The notes: generated by a model not told the origin, from the sequence alone. A DNA stretch of 64,000 bases from Octopus bimaculoides (GCF_001194135.2 NC_068986.1:101981526-102045525), one strand, 5' to 3'. Numbered from the stretch's first letter, positions 12,708 through 25,861 are shown. Program-made: numbers and translations.

Positions 12708-12865
12708 AGACTATAGGGCACCTTTGGAATAATCAGGAAAGTATTAGCCGAAAAAGAATAAGTAGCATGGTACCATAAGATGCATGTAGGAATACTGCTA
12801 TGCAGGGAAGACTCCAGGGATTCCAAAAAAATCTGTAATAAAGAGGAAATAACAATAATAATGAT
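12705..12865 (+). mobile_element. Very short 3' end of an R4/Dong-type LINE with (TAA) tail
   Basis: GTFGIIRKVLA (cf. GTxxILRKxL at 2266-2290) followed by a short UTR and aacaataataatg. Confidence 0.6.
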
Positions 12866-12867
12866 TT

Positions 12868-13030
12868 CACATTTTGCCACAAGGCCGGAAATTTCGGGGG
12901 AGGTGATAACTGGATTACATTAAAATATGAAAAGCAAAGTCACCCTCTCCAGATTTTGAACGCAGAATGTGGAAACAGACGAAATACAGGTGAGTATTTT
13001 CCCTGGCGTAACGATTCTACTAGTTCACTC
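12868..13030 (-). mobile_element. SINE family C, diverged
   Basis: cacaaggccggaaatttcggggga...tttgaacgcagaatgtggaaacagacgaaatac...taacgattct. Confidence 0.6.
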
Positions 13031-13031
13031 T

Positions 13032-13045
13032 ATAATAATAATAAT

Positions 13046-13115
<70 letters not shown>

Positions 13116-13125
13116 GTAATAATAA
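13032..13125 (+). repeat. (AAT)n microsatellite
   Basis: Direct inspection. Confidence 0.95.
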
Positions 13126-13159
13126 TTTCTACTATTGAACAAGGCCTGAAATTTGGGGT

Positions 13160-13760
13160 TTGAAGCCTCCTCAACCCAAATAGTATTAAAAAGAAAAAAA
13201 GTGGGGAAAATGTTTGCCCGTGGAACGACCCTAACGCTTCGGGAGGTGGGGGAGAGACTCTGGACAAAGCGGAAGAGCCCCACTCTCCGGAAGTCAAGAA
13301 GAAAAGGAAAAACGAAAGAAGAAGAACGGGTCATTACAGGTGGATGATGATGTGCCGTCTGCATGTCCCGAAGTTTTGCCATCTACGGTGGAAGAAACGA
13401 CCCCCACCCCTGAAGATGAAGAATTACTTATCTTTTTCTACAAGGTCGGGGAGGTGGAACAATAGTAGAAGAACACAAAGAGATAGTAGATATGGCCTGC
13501 ACACGGGATACTGAATGGCCTCCGCAGATATATGTGGAGGTCATAAGGATGTCCGTGTGGGAAAAGCTTAGAATACTTAAAGAGGATTGTCGCATATGGC
13601 CGGTTGTCCCTAACATGACATATTCCTCGTACATGAATGAGGCATGGGGTACGGAAACTGAAGCAGCACTGAAGATAATGATAGATGTATTGATGGATAT
13701 ATCGATGAATAGGAGGTGAAATAGCCTCGTTAAGTGGGTATGAAACTGCATCTTATTGCA
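13160..13760 (+). pseudogene. Frameshifted coding-like remnant, probably TE-derived (possibly a LINE ORF1 C-terminus)
   Basis: GC-richer block reading SLQVDDDVPSACPEVLPSTVEETTPTPEDEELL, then shifted IVEEHKEIVDMACTRDTEWPPQIYVEVIRMSVWEKLRILKEDCRIWPVVPNMTY...MNRR*; family assignment is inference. Confidence 0.35.
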
Positions 13761-14028
13761 TTATTTGTAGTGGTTTAAAACCTTAATTGTGTTGTTTTTT
13801 TTTAAGTGTTAATTAAGAGGTTTTACGGCCTCCTTTTTATAAGAAGTTTGAAACCTCATATTTATCATTTGAAAAAGAAAATATGTATCTGAGAAAAACC
13901 CAATCGGCAGGCGTTTGGGTTTCGTCTCTCATTTATTCATTTTATGTCATTTATTTTTCATTCATTAATGTGTTGTCCAGCTCGCAGATATTCTGTATAC
14001 TGACTTTATGGCAAACAAAATGAAATAA

Positions 14029-14390
14029 AGTAGCTTGCTTATCAACCACATGGTTCCGGGTTCAGTCCCACTGTGTAGCACCTTGAGCAAATGTCTTCTA
14101 CTATAGCTTCAGGCCGACCAAAGCCTTGTGAGTGGATTTGGTAGACGAAAACTGAAAGAAGCCCGTGGTATATATGTATGTGTGTCTCTGTTTTTCCCTC
14201 CAGTATCGCTTGAAACCGATGCTGGTGTATTAACGTCCCCGTAACTTAGCGGTTCAACAAAAGAGACGGATAGAATGAGTACTAGGCTTACAAATAATAA
14301 GTCCTGGGGTCGATTTGCTGGACTAAAGGTGGTGCTCCAGCATGGCCACAGTCAAATTACGGAAACAATTAAAGGAGTAAAAGAGTATTC
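14029..14390 (+). mobile_element. SINE family B
   Basis: agtagcttgcttatcaaccacatggttccgggttcagtcccactg...gtgctccagcatggccacagtcaaat. Confidence 0.9.
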
Positions 14391-14449
14391 TTCTGTATCC
14401 CGCTTTCTCTCTTTCTAAGTATTGTTATTTCATGTACAATACATTTTTT

Positions 14450-16100
14450 AAGTTTTTATTTTTTTATTTTTATCACTTTCCATGAAGGAGTATCTAACCA
14501 TTAACTTATTCATTTATGATAATAATTTTTATTTGCTTTCATTCTGAATTTTATGATACGAACCTCACATTTTAGCTATTTTCTAATTCACCGTAAAATA
14601 TGTTTAAATATATATGTTTTACATTTATCGGGTCTCATTTTGTGTATGCCTCTAACTTAGATTGCTCCTAGATTGCTTCCAAACTTGAAGCTATTTCCTA
14701 AATCACTGTAAAAAATACATATTTATTTCTACCTGTTTTCGCTTTCGTATCTTCTGAATTTAGATTAATCCCAGTTGTTCACCTCTATATTAATAGCAAC
14801 TTGCTGTTTTAAGGGCATTATTTTTAACTATTTAAATTATTTAATTATTAAATCTTAATTTAACTTGTTGAATTGACCCATATTTAAGCCCTTATTATTA
14901 CTTTTATTACCTTATATTTATTCTTTTTAATTCTTATCCATTTGCTTATTTATTTATCTATGTTAAATAATATAGCTTCTTACCTGAGCCTCTTAATATT
15001 TTTATATCCGGTATCTCACCAAGAGAACGCTATTTATCTGAATTTTAAAAAGAAATTATTCGAATAGTTCCTTATCTTTATTAGTCTAGCTCAATAATAT
15101 ATAATGTAAGGGGTGAAAGGTTATATTTTGTAAGTCTTTACTCATTTATTTATTTTTTTCTATCTAGTTTTACTTTTTACTCTATTTTGTTTTATTTATT
15201 TTTCTTTATTCTTCATTTTATTTTGAAACTTTTATGTACCCCAGCGTTAAGTTAATTTATCTTTTAAGTCCTTTAACCATTTCAATATGTATAATAAGTA
15301 ATAAATTGCCTGGAATGTCTTCCAACTTTATTAAATATTATTAATAACTATACGCAATTAAATTAAAATCTACGTATTAATTTTCTATTTATTTAATATG
15401 GATCGACAATATATCATATTTATACCAATTTACCTACTTGAGTTTTCCTTATGCTAAACACTCTAGATGAATATATTGATCTAGTCTTACTTTACAATTC
15501 CAATATATCTTACTTCTGATCTTCAGACTGCGATTACAGTATTTTCGAATGGCTCGCAGTGTTTCGGTATCAACCTGAACAAATCAATCGCATTGCCTAG
15601 TATTTTTGATGGTAAATATTCTATTTTATAATCATAATTCAATAATGCACTCTTTTCGTTGTTTGTGCTGGTATTCCCTTTAGGGAACCTTGTATTGATA
15701 TTAGTGTGCGATGATTCCTTTCTGGATAGAAAGCACTTCCATAAATAAATCTACCGATTGTTTACAACGAAAATGATTGCTAACGTTTCTCTTTGTATTT
15801 GACTATATTTCCTTTCTGCTTGTAGTAACGATCGTGACGCATGGTCTATAACATTTTAAACCTATCATCATATTTGTGCTGGATCACTGTTCCTAGGCCG
15901 TAATTACTCGCATCTCTAGTAAAGATAATATCCAGCTTTGGATTAAAATGTGTTAACGATAAGTTCGATGTTAAAAAAGGTTTTTATATTTGTCAAATGC
16001 TGTCTGGCACTTATTAATCTAGCACCATTTTGAATTTTTGTTTAACAAATCAATAAATCCAGAATATTAATGTGGCTAGTCAGAAATGTAAGACACGATT
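14450..16100 (-). mobile_element. Ancient AT-eroded L1/Tx1-type LINE remnant (APE endonuclease start near 15510, putative ORF1 upstream)
   Basis: Minus-strand YWNCK (cf. WNxxG), an ETH-like segment and KLEDIPGNL in the expected order; strongly A-rich sense strand; many stops. Confidence 0.45.
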
Positions 16101-16729
16101 ATGTATCTATGACATACTACTCGACTGACACTCTCAAATTCTAACCTCACAGTATTTATAATGACAAATACATACCACGCCTCGTGTGGGAGGGGTGTTC
16201 CATTATTACTACTATCCCTATAGCACTCACTTAACTGACAATATTTCTTGGCTTTAATTGTTGCATGTGCTTATAGCCGGTTAGGCTATAAACCACGCCG
16301 TCTAGTTTCTCAACAAAATCGATTATTATTTTTTAAAACACCATTTATCCAAAATGTTAGTATTATATTACCTGGTGATACCTGTTTAATATTTTACTTG
16401 ATGATAATGGATTTTATACCATGATGATTTCTGTGAATACATCAATAAAATGCTACTGAGGAAACTTGCGTAAATTTTAATCATCCACCATTCTCTTTTA
16501 TGCCTACGCCGCTTATAGAATCTGCCTTGAATCGGATCTACGGATTGAACTGGATCTGGTAGTTACATACCTATAATCTCCTATCAACGCATAATACCTT
16601 CATCGTTGATTACCTCACTGTGGAGGCTATGTTATTGTGCAGTTTAATCCGGCGTTATGCGACTTAAAGTTTTGCAGGTTTCTGACGCAACGAGACCGAG
16701 CCCGTAACGGTTAGATTCCGGAATTTCTT

Positions 16730-16961
16730 ATTTCTTTATTGCCCACAAGGGGCTAAACATAGAGGGGACAAACAAGGACAGACTAAGGGATTATGTCGAT
16801 TACATCGACCCCAGTGCGCAGCTAGCACTTAATTTATCGACCCCGAAAGGATGAAAGGCAAATTCGAACTCGGCGGAATTTGAACTCAGAACGTAACGGC
16901 AGACGAAATACCAGTAAGCATTTCACCCGGCGTGCTAACGTTTCTGCCAGCGAGCCGCCTT
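16730..16961 (-). mobile_element. SINE family C, well preserved
   Basis: Reverse complement reads aggcggctcgctggcagaaacgttagcacgccggg...gttctgagttcaaattccgccgag (A/B-box-like) ...cactggggtcgatgtaatcgac. Confidence 0.9.
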
Positions 16962-17623
16962 AATTCTACAATTTGTTACCTCACAATCGAACCTGCATTT
17001 GCATATGTGCTCAATAATTTAATGCTTGGTGAAGGTTAAGTGAATATTCTTTTGCTTTGCTAGGGTACATCTGTTGTAATCATCATTTTTTGAATAAGAA
17101 GGGCAGTGTATTTTCTACCGACAACTAAATGAAATGTCACATCAATTATAATGTATTTCCATAGCACTCTAAAAAGGTAAAAAAAAAAATAACATGATGA
17201 AATACGTTTCAACAAAAATTTCATTGGGAACAACCTCAGGAAATGCATCATTCGTTCATTTCGACTATTAAAAAGGATTCATTTGTAAGATAAATAAATG
17301 CATTAACTGGCAATGTAAATGTATTCAATATATAACCCTGACCTCACACGTGTGGTTGATGTATTACTTTCGGCGAATCGAGTTTCGTAAGTAAATGCTA
17401 ACTATAAAGTTAATTAAGCAGCAGCTTCAGGGCAAAGCTAAGCAATTGGCTATTATTTGTTTGTTGTTTGCAAGGAAGTAAAACATAAAAATGTAATTAC
17501 CTACAGGTTTTCCAGCAATACATATTGACATTATTTTAATATTAATTCTATCCACAAACATTGCACACATAAAAAATAAGAAACGTCGAGATATTCTTCA
17601 ACACATACGTAAAAGTGTATGTG

Positions 17624-17697
<74 letters not shown>

Positions 17698-18335
17698 NNN
17701 NNNNNNNNNNNNNNNNNNNNNNNNNNNNNNNNNNNNNNNNNNNNNNNNNNNNNNNNNNNNNNNNNNNNNNNNNNNNNNNNNNNNNNNNNNNNNNNNNNNN
17801 NNNNNNNNNNNNNNNNNNNNNNNNNNNNNNNNNNNNNNNNNNNNNNNNNNNNNNNNNNNNNNNNNNNNNNNNNNNNNNNNNNNNNNNNNNNNNNNNNNNN
17901 NNNNNNNNNNNNNNNNNNNNNNNNNNNNNNNNNNNNNNNNNNNNNNNNNNNNNNNNNNNNNNNNNNNNNNNNNNNNNNNNNNNNNNNNNNNNNNNNNNNN
18001 NNNNNNNNNNNNNNNNNNNNNNNNNNNNNNNNNNNNNNNNNNNNNNNNNNNNNNNNNNNNNNNNNNNNNNNNNNNNNNNNNNNNNNNNNNNNNNNNNNNN
18101 NNNNNNNNNNNNNNNNNNNNNNNNNNNNNNNNNNNNNNNNNNNNNNNNNNNNNNNNNNNNNNNNNNNNNNNNNNNNNNNNNNNNNNNNNNNNNNNNNNNN
18201 NNNNNNNNNNNNNNNNNNNNNNNNNNNNNNNNNNNNNNNNNNNNNNNNNNNNNNNNNNNNNNNNNNNNNNNNNNNNNNNNNNNNNNNNNNNNNNNNNNNN
18301 NNNNNNNNNNNNNNNNNNNNNNNNNNNNNNNNNNN

Positions 18336-18377
<42 letters not shown>

Positions 18378-18957
18378 TGTATAAATGTGTACATATATTC
18401 ATATAAATATATACATATATACATAACTGTGTGTATTCATACATAGAGAAACGGTTATACATACATACACAGACACACACAATGCAGACATATGTATATG
18501 TACATAAGTTTTAGGCATGTGGAGCGCTACAACGCTCATGAATATATGTGACTATGTCATTTGTAGTGAACTGTGAGTGTTTCTTGCCTTGAAGATATAG
18601 CACTTTTAAAACATAAAGAAATTACGCATATAATTGAATGTTCCATATATTGTTTGAGAGAAACGTTTAAAAAAAGTATGTTGTGCTTTAAGCAAATTTG
18701 AAGAATTTATTGCTGTGTTACGCTTTGGGGAATCTACGTGTTTGCACGAAGAATTAAAAAGACAAGCTTTAGTAATTGACGTACGGATCGATAAATAGGA
18801 TACAAAAGACAGGCGGTAACATCTATTGACTGGTTTGTCATTAATGATTAATGCAAACGCTAATTCGCCCCACCATTCGTTTCATTCTGTTATCGTTCTT
18901 GTTGTTATTGTTTCTGTGTTTTTAGTGCATTCTACCTGCTTTTCTAATCCTATTTAT

Positions 18958-18958
18958 T

Positions 18959-18990
<32 letters not shown>

Positions 18991-19097
18991 TTCTTCTTCT
19001 TCTTCTTCTTCTTCTTCTTCTTCTTCTTCTTCTTCTTCTTCTTCTTCTTCTTCTTCTTCTTCTTCTTCTTCTTCTTCTTCTTCTTCTTCTTCTTCTT
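18958..19097 (+). repeat. (CTT)n microsatellite
   Basis: Direct inspection; source of the poly-F ORF. Confidence 0.97.
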
Positions 19098-19744
19098 CGT
19101 TGTCGTCGTCGAGGTACCTGCTTGTGTATTTTAACCTTTATTTGTGTGAGAAAAAGGCATTTAGAAAATATTGACTTGTAGATTTCTTTAAACTCATGTT
19201 ATAATATGTTGTAACATTTTTCTGCAATTCTTTTTTTCTCGATTTCCATTTGCTATATATTATATTTATTTACTTCTTATAAATCATTCTTTCATTGTGA
19301 CATTATTTCCTTTTTTCCTATATATGAATTTCTCCTCATAAGTTATTTATACATTCTCACTTCATATTTTTTTCTTCTTTCTACGTTTAAAATATTTTTC
19401 GCTTGTTTTTTTTCTCTGTATAGGTGGTGAAAGAGAGAAAATAAAAGTAAACACACACACATAGAGACACATACACATACATGCCACAACAAAAGAGCAC
19501 ACATTTCTAGACAACGCCGTTATTGAACACGTACATTTATTTATATATTGATAACTGCTTCTAGCAATTCATGAACAATTCATACGGCAGGAGTAGCACC
19601 AACAACAATGCGGAGAATATAATGTTGAATATTAACTACACTTCAGCCACAATGAGAGAAATCCCAAGCTAACATTTCGTACACATACATACAAAATCAA
19701 CCACAAAAACGCCTATGCACAACATTTACACTAGAACATATTTA

Positions 19745-19808
19745 CAATTGAACACACACACCCACACACACACGCACACACACACACACACACACACAAA
19801 CACAGGCA

Positions 19809-19846
<38 letters not shown>

Positions 19847-19867
19847 CAAAAACTTACCGACAAATAA

Positions 19868-19930
<63 letters not shown>

Positions 19931-19935
19931 TACAT
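19745..19935 (+). repeat. (CA)n followed by (GATA)n
   Basis: Direct inspection; further (GATA)n at ~39856-39917 and ~53620-53702. Confidence 0.95.
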
Positions 19936-19954
19936 ACATATATAAGTATTTCTT

Positions 19955-20150
19955 CTTTTATTCGTTGGTTCTTTACTTTGTTACAGTTACTTGACTGCGG
20001 CCATGGTGGAGCACCATTTTAAAATGTCTTAGTCGAAGAAATCGACTCCACGACTTATTCCTTGAATGCCTAGTACTTATTCTGTCGATTTCTTTTGCCG
20101 AACTGCTAGGATTACGGGAAAAGGCGGATGGCAATCCCAGACACGTACCC
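19955..20150 (-). mobile_element. SINE family B, 3' part
   Basis: ttgactgcggccatggtggagcacc...cctagtacttattctgtcgatttcttttgccgaactgctag. Confidence 0.8.
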
Positions 20151-20232
20151 CCAAACACATATATAAATATATACACACATATATACATACATATATACAC
20201 ATATATATACTATTTTATATATATACATATAT

Positions 20233-20291
<59 letters not shown>

Positions 20292-21299
20292 NNNNNNNNN
20301 NNNNNNNNNNNNNNNNNNNNNNNNNNNNNNNNNNNNNNNNNNNNNNNNNNNNNNNNNNNNNNNNNNNNNNNNNNNNNNNNNNNNNNNNNNNNNNNNNNNN
20401 NNNNNNNNNNNNNNNNNNNNNNNNNNNNNNNNNNNNNNNNNNNNNNNNNNNNNNNNNNNNNNNNNNNNNNNNNNNNNNNNNNNNNNNNNNNNNNNNNNNN
20501 NNNNNNNNNNNNNNNNNNNNNNNNNNNNNNNNNNNNNNNNNNNNNNNNNNNNNNNNNNNNNNNNNNNNNNNNNNNNNNNNNNNNNNNNNNNNNNNNNNNN
20601 NNNNNNNNNNNNNNNNNNNNNNNNNNNNNNNNNNNNNNNNNNNNNNNNNNNNNNNNNNNNNNNNNNNNNNNNNNNNNNNNNNNNNNNNNNNNNNNNNNNN
20701 NNNNNNNNNNNNNNNNNNNNNNNNNNNNNNNNNNNNNNNNNNNNNNNNNNNNNNNNNNNNNNNNNNNNNNNNNNNNNNNNNNNNNNNNNNNNNNNNNNNN
20801 NNNNNNNNNNNNNNNNNNNNNNNNNNNNNNNNNNNNNNNNNNNNNNNNNNNNNNNNNNNNNNNNNNNNNNNNNNNNNNNNNNNNNNNNNNNNNNNNNNNN
20901 NNNNNNNNNNNNNNNNNNNNNNNNNNNNNNNNNNNNNNNNNNNNNNNNNNNNNNNNNNNNNNNNNNNNNNNNNNNNNNNNNNNNNNNNNNNNNNNNNNNN
21001 NNNNNNNNNNNNNNNNNNNNNNNNNNNNNNNNNNNNNNNNNNNNNNNNNNNNNNNNNNNNNNNATATTCCTTATTTATATATTTATTTGAGTGAATTTTT
21101 ATTTGTGTGTATATTTTTTTATATATATATATACGTATATGTGTATATACGTATATGTGTATATACGTATATCATTTTGTATATTCGTATGTATATATGT
21201 TTATATGTTTTATATATAAGTATGTATATTTGTATATGTATGTAAGTGTATATATATGTATGTATATATATATGTATGTATGTATTAGGGTCTGCGTTG

Positions 21300-22790
21300 G
21301 GGTATCTATTTAATTATTCTAGTAGTTATATTTTGTTTTTATTGGTAGGTTAATATTTTAGTAAGTTTTAGGTTTTATATTACAATGACACTACGATTTT
21401 TATAAGACTAAATCAATAGTAGTATTTTAGTTTACTTCACAATATTATTTAATTTACGACTATTAGTATTATTATTTATTTTTTATATATTAGAATTTAA
21501 TATTTATTAATATATTTTATAAGATAACTATAGTTATTTTGTTCTTTTTATGTTGTTAGTTATATAAATTTTAAATTTTTCATTCATTTATTTAAGTATT
21601 ATTGTTTCATTCATGCTTTCGTATTCTATTCTCTATTTTAACGTAGTATTTTCGCCCGACCTCTTGCTTAAAACGCTATAGCTATTAGATAACGTCTTAG
21701 TTTTCAGTTTGAATTACGGACAAATTTGGATAAGTACTGTTTTTTACTTTGCTAAAGATTTTCTACTATTTGAAAATAATATGTATTCTTGTTTTTTATA
21801 TTATTCATTTGGCTCTTTATAGGTTATTTTTAATAGATAACTTATTCAACACTAAATTATTTAGAAGTTATAGTTTCGTTTCAACATAATATTAGAACTT
21901 CGATTTGAATAGTGTTGATATATTTTCGATTATCTTTGATTAATAATATTTGATTAATAATTAATCTTTATAGATTATAATATCGTTAAAGATTGTTTAA
22001 AATTAAAACTTTGTATATATATATAAAGTTTAATCTTTTATTCTTAATAATTTTTTCTTTTGTAATTTTTTCATTCATAATTTTTCCATTCATAATTTTT
22101 TCATTCATATTTTTATTATTACGTTTGTAGAAATAAATAATCTTGTATTTTTCTATTATTCAATTGATTTTTAATTATACTTAAATAAACGTCTTTAGCT
22201 TTAAATTGTATAGCTTTAACTATTACACCGGTTAAATATGTACTAATGTTATCTTCATTATTATTTTAAATTTAAACTTCGTTCAAATTGTATTTAAAAC
22301 AATGATAATTTAAGACAATGATAATGTATGTAGGATGTTTTTTTTGTATATAATATACATGTTATTATAATGGATGAAGGGATGATTATTGAATGGTTAT
22401 TATTTTGATATTATGATATTTTAAATAATTTTTCTATCTTTATATAATAAGTATGTCATATTAATTCATTTGGTACTTATTGTTGGTTAAGATATATATA
22501 TATCTAATTATTGTTCTACTTACGATCTGACGAGTAGCTATATTTTTGAATAGAATTTATTTTCGATAATTTCAATTATTTTAATCGATTTCAATTTCTT
22601 TTCTATTTGAAAATTAGTTATGAAACACGTGTAATCTTTTTATTATATTTATCTTATGATATTTACTTTACTTTATATTATACTCATTTATTGTGCTTTT
22701 AATTATTAATTTTTCTATATGTGATAGTGGATTTCCATCGATGAGTTCTTGAAACTTGGTTATTTTCCCTAAAACTATATATATATATAT
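21300..22790 (-). mobile_element. Extremely AT-rich remnant of L1/Tx1-type ORF2 (endonuclease region)
   Basis: Minus strand tttcaagaactcat (FQETH with a 1-nt deletion, ~22745), then TRVSxLI ~110 nt later (cf. SRGVAILI); later motifs barely legible. Confidence 0.4.
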
Positions 22791-23057
22791 AGATATATAT
22801 ATAAAATATAATCAATGGTGAATTGAGCTACATACATCGTTGTTACTCGCATTTTACACATCTACCCTGAAAGCAGCATACTTTATATAAAGTAATTTGT
22901 AAAGCATTTCCAAAGTGCAAATTCCAAAGTAGGTGAATAAATTATACATGAGTAATGAAATTGTACAAGCGTCAACTCATTACGGCGATGCCGTAATAAA
23001 TTGACACCAGTACATCTTCGTTATTCATTTATATGTGTGCATATATATATATATATA

Positions 23058-23760
23058 AAGGAATACAAGAATGGGACAAGATCGCAAAACATCCAAACAT
23101 TTAGATAATACAAAGGGACATGAAAAAAACAAGGACGTGTCATTCGGAGTTTTCTCTCTTCAATCGAGATCCAGATAAGCTTTGCAATTTCGGCTGGTTA
23201 TACTCGAGATTGTTCCAATCTGGCCAGCCCCAAGGAAAAACTAAGCTAAGGGTAGTAGATTCCTTGGAACAAAGCAGCGAATGCATACGAAAACATGAAC
23301 AGAAAAAAGAACGCGGATAAATATTATACAATTATAAATGCAAATAACAGGACATAAACAACAGGTGTCTTTCGATTAAGGACGAATTAAATTAAGCTGA
23401 CGTGTGTGGAAGTGAAGCCTTGCTGCAGGTTCATAAGAGATGACAGGCATGGGGACGAATATAGATGTTACTGCGAATGTAATCGAACCAAGAAGGAAAG
23501 GTGAGGCTTGGCCGAACACCGGTTACATTGGGAGAGAGGAGATACGTAGAGGCAGAGGGATAAAAGATTTAGGGAGGGATGAGAAAGAAAGAAGAAAAGG
23601 GACAGAGTCAAGTGAAAGAGGAGAAAAGGTGAGAATGAAGAGAAAGCCAGGAAATGTGAGAGAGGGGGAACGAAAGAAAGAAGAGTGGAAAGGACGAAGT
23701 AAATGTGAAGTGGATGATAGGGACGCCGCCGTCGGTTTCAACGTATTAGGCTTCGACATC
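23058..23760 (-). mobile_element. Penelope-like element 3' terminal region with pyrimidine tract and hammerhead relic, ending at (TA)n
   Basis: Minus strand: pyrimidine-rich tract (23720-23530), then TTGAAGA-gag-aaaa-ctc-CGAA-tgacacGTC (23168-23133), ~75 nt, then (TA)n. Confidence 0.5.
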
Positions 23761-23769
23761 ATACTCTTA

Positions 23770-24200
23770 CTTTGTCAGTCAGAATGCTTATGTCGAATGT
23801 GACCTTTAAGACATGGCAATGATTTGTAAAGAAGGCCACACATGTTGCAAATCTGAGGATTACATGCTAGCGCATGTAGTATATTTGCAGCTGCATTTCT
23901 TCTTTGCCTAGCATTCCAAAGCCTATTAATGCAGGTTTTTTTATACCATTTTGTCACAACGATCTCCATTTTGTTAGAACGAAAGTTGTTCGCTCAACGA
24001 TGTAGTTTGCTACTTTGATCACTAAGAGGTTAGTCTTCAGCTTGTCCTTATATCCGAACCATAGTCGACCAACATCCCTGTGTCCACTCTCAAGCTGGGT
24101 GCATATGAGCACTTTGGGCATACGTTCGTCACTCATCATAACGCCATGGCCCATCCCAGCGGAATTGTGATTGTATAAAGAAACTCTCAATTCCACCATT
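23770..24200 (-). mobile_element. RTE-clade LINE 3' fragment with C-terminal zinc finger
   Basis: ERMPKVLICTQLESGHRDVGRLWFGYKDKLKTNL (RTE signature RxPKxxxxGELxxGxRxxGRP) and CNMCGLLYKSLPCLKGHIRHKH. Confidence 0.85.
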
Positions 24201-24511
24201 CTTACACTTGCTAAGCATATGTATGTATGTATGTATGTATGCATGCATGTACGTATATATGCATGCATGTATGTATGTATGTATTTATACATGTATGTAT
24301 GAATAATAAGGAGGCAGTCAGAATTTTGGTTAATTCTTCATTAGTGCTTTCGTCTGATTGAACTGACGGGGGTGCTAATTAAAATTATCCCAAATTCTGA
24401 CTGCCTTCTTCTTGATACACAATATTTGTGCATCACTTGAACCATCACACACACACACACACGCACACATACACATTCACACTCACACCCACGCCCACAA
24501 GCACACACATT

Positions 24512-24905
24512 CTCTTTGTTTTACTTATCTCACACATCTGACTGCGGCCATTCTGCAGCACCGTCTTTAGCCGAACAAATCGACTCAAGGAGTTATTCAT
24601 TTTAGAGTTAGCTCTTATTCTGTCGGTCACGTTTACAGAACTGTTAATGTAACGGGGACGCAAACCTATCAACGTCGGTTGTAATGTTACAGTGATGGGA
24701 CAGACACACACAAACAAATATATACATATACATATACGACGGGCTACTTTACGTTTCCGCGTACGAAATCCAATCCAAAGGCTTTGGATGGCCCGAGGTT
24801 ATAGCAGAAGACACTTGCCCGAGGTGCCACGCAGGTGGATTGAACCCGGAACCTTGTGGTTAGGAAGCAAGCGTCTCTCCCTCTGCGCAATCTCCACACA
24901 CATGC
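24512..24905 (-). mobile_element. SINE family B
   Basis: tgactgcggccattctgcagcaccgtctttag...gacacttgcccgaggtgccacgcaggtggattgaacccggaaccttgtgg. Confidence 0.85.
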
Positions 24906-25109
24906 TAACCCACTCTACGTTTTTCCTGTTACTCGTAGTAGCGATGCACAGTACTAGAATTTGCGACTCTTGTAGCGGATGACTAAGTGATCCTTTAAAA
25001 AGCATAAGTAACAAATGACACTAATCAGTACCAGTACTGCTAGAAATAATAGTCAAAACGACCCAATAGTCACAGAAGGGAAACTAGCTGAAAACGTAAC
25101 GGACGGGAT

Positions 25110-25480
25110 TTTGAGTTCATTCTCTCACTCTCCCTCTCTCTCCCTCTTTCCGTCTTACTCTATCTTTTTCAACCTCTACTCTTACTCTATCTCTTTCTTT
25201 GCCCTAACCCTGTCTTTTCACCCTTGCTTGCCTCCCTTGTTCCTTTCACTTCTCCCTGTTTCTTTAACCCCTATTCACCTTATCTCTCTCGTCCCCTCTT
25301 TCCCTCTCTCAAAGCTACTTCTCCCCTACCACTTGACCGGTTTCCGGCGAAGGTGGTGTTAAACTTTTTTTTCGTCCTGCCTTTGCGACTGGTCATACTC
25401 GTCTGGTCTACTGCTATATCATTCAGGCCTTACTGCATTTCATCTTTACGCAGCCCCACTAAGATCGTCCGATGCATGTA
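25110..25480 (+). repeat. Pyrimidine-tract element related to 23400-23720 (opposite orientation), possibly PLE-derived
   Basis: Tract followed by accggtttccggcgaag, vs accggtgttcggccaag on the minus strand at ~23520. Confidence 0.35.
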
Positions 25481-25861
25481 AAGCTCTTTCTGTTGTATGT
25501 TTTCTTCTATAGTATATAGCACTAGGCTTCGTACAGTTTTGCATACATAATTCTTTTTCTGTTGTATTTATATAATGGCATGCTTGTTTCAGTGTACGTT
25601 CGCTAGCTTTTTCCAAGTATCTTAAGAATTGCACTGGTACCTGCAAAATTTAGTCGCGTCAATGCTAATGAGGCGAAGCCACTATCATATTTCGCGTCAT
25701 TGACGAAGAAACTCAGGTGCGAATATTCAGTGTATAATGTCTTCGTCTAAAACTCCCGTCTTTTAAGTTTCGTCTAATTTCTAATTTTCTCCATGTAGCA
25801 AAATACACACCCTGTTTGTTGACTTTATATATATGTATATATATTGAAGAAATTGGTGTCA

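Noticed and set aside
19645-19660. 16-mer agccacaatgagagaa shared with 34687-34702
   Set aside because: No flanking similarity; about one such match is expected by chance in a 64-kb self-comparison
21300-22740. Very AT-rich block as a possible mitochondrial insertion (NUMT); same idea for 14450-15500
   Set aside because: No recognisable mitochondrial gene, rRNA or tRNA motif; residual motifs fit an L1-type endonuclease better
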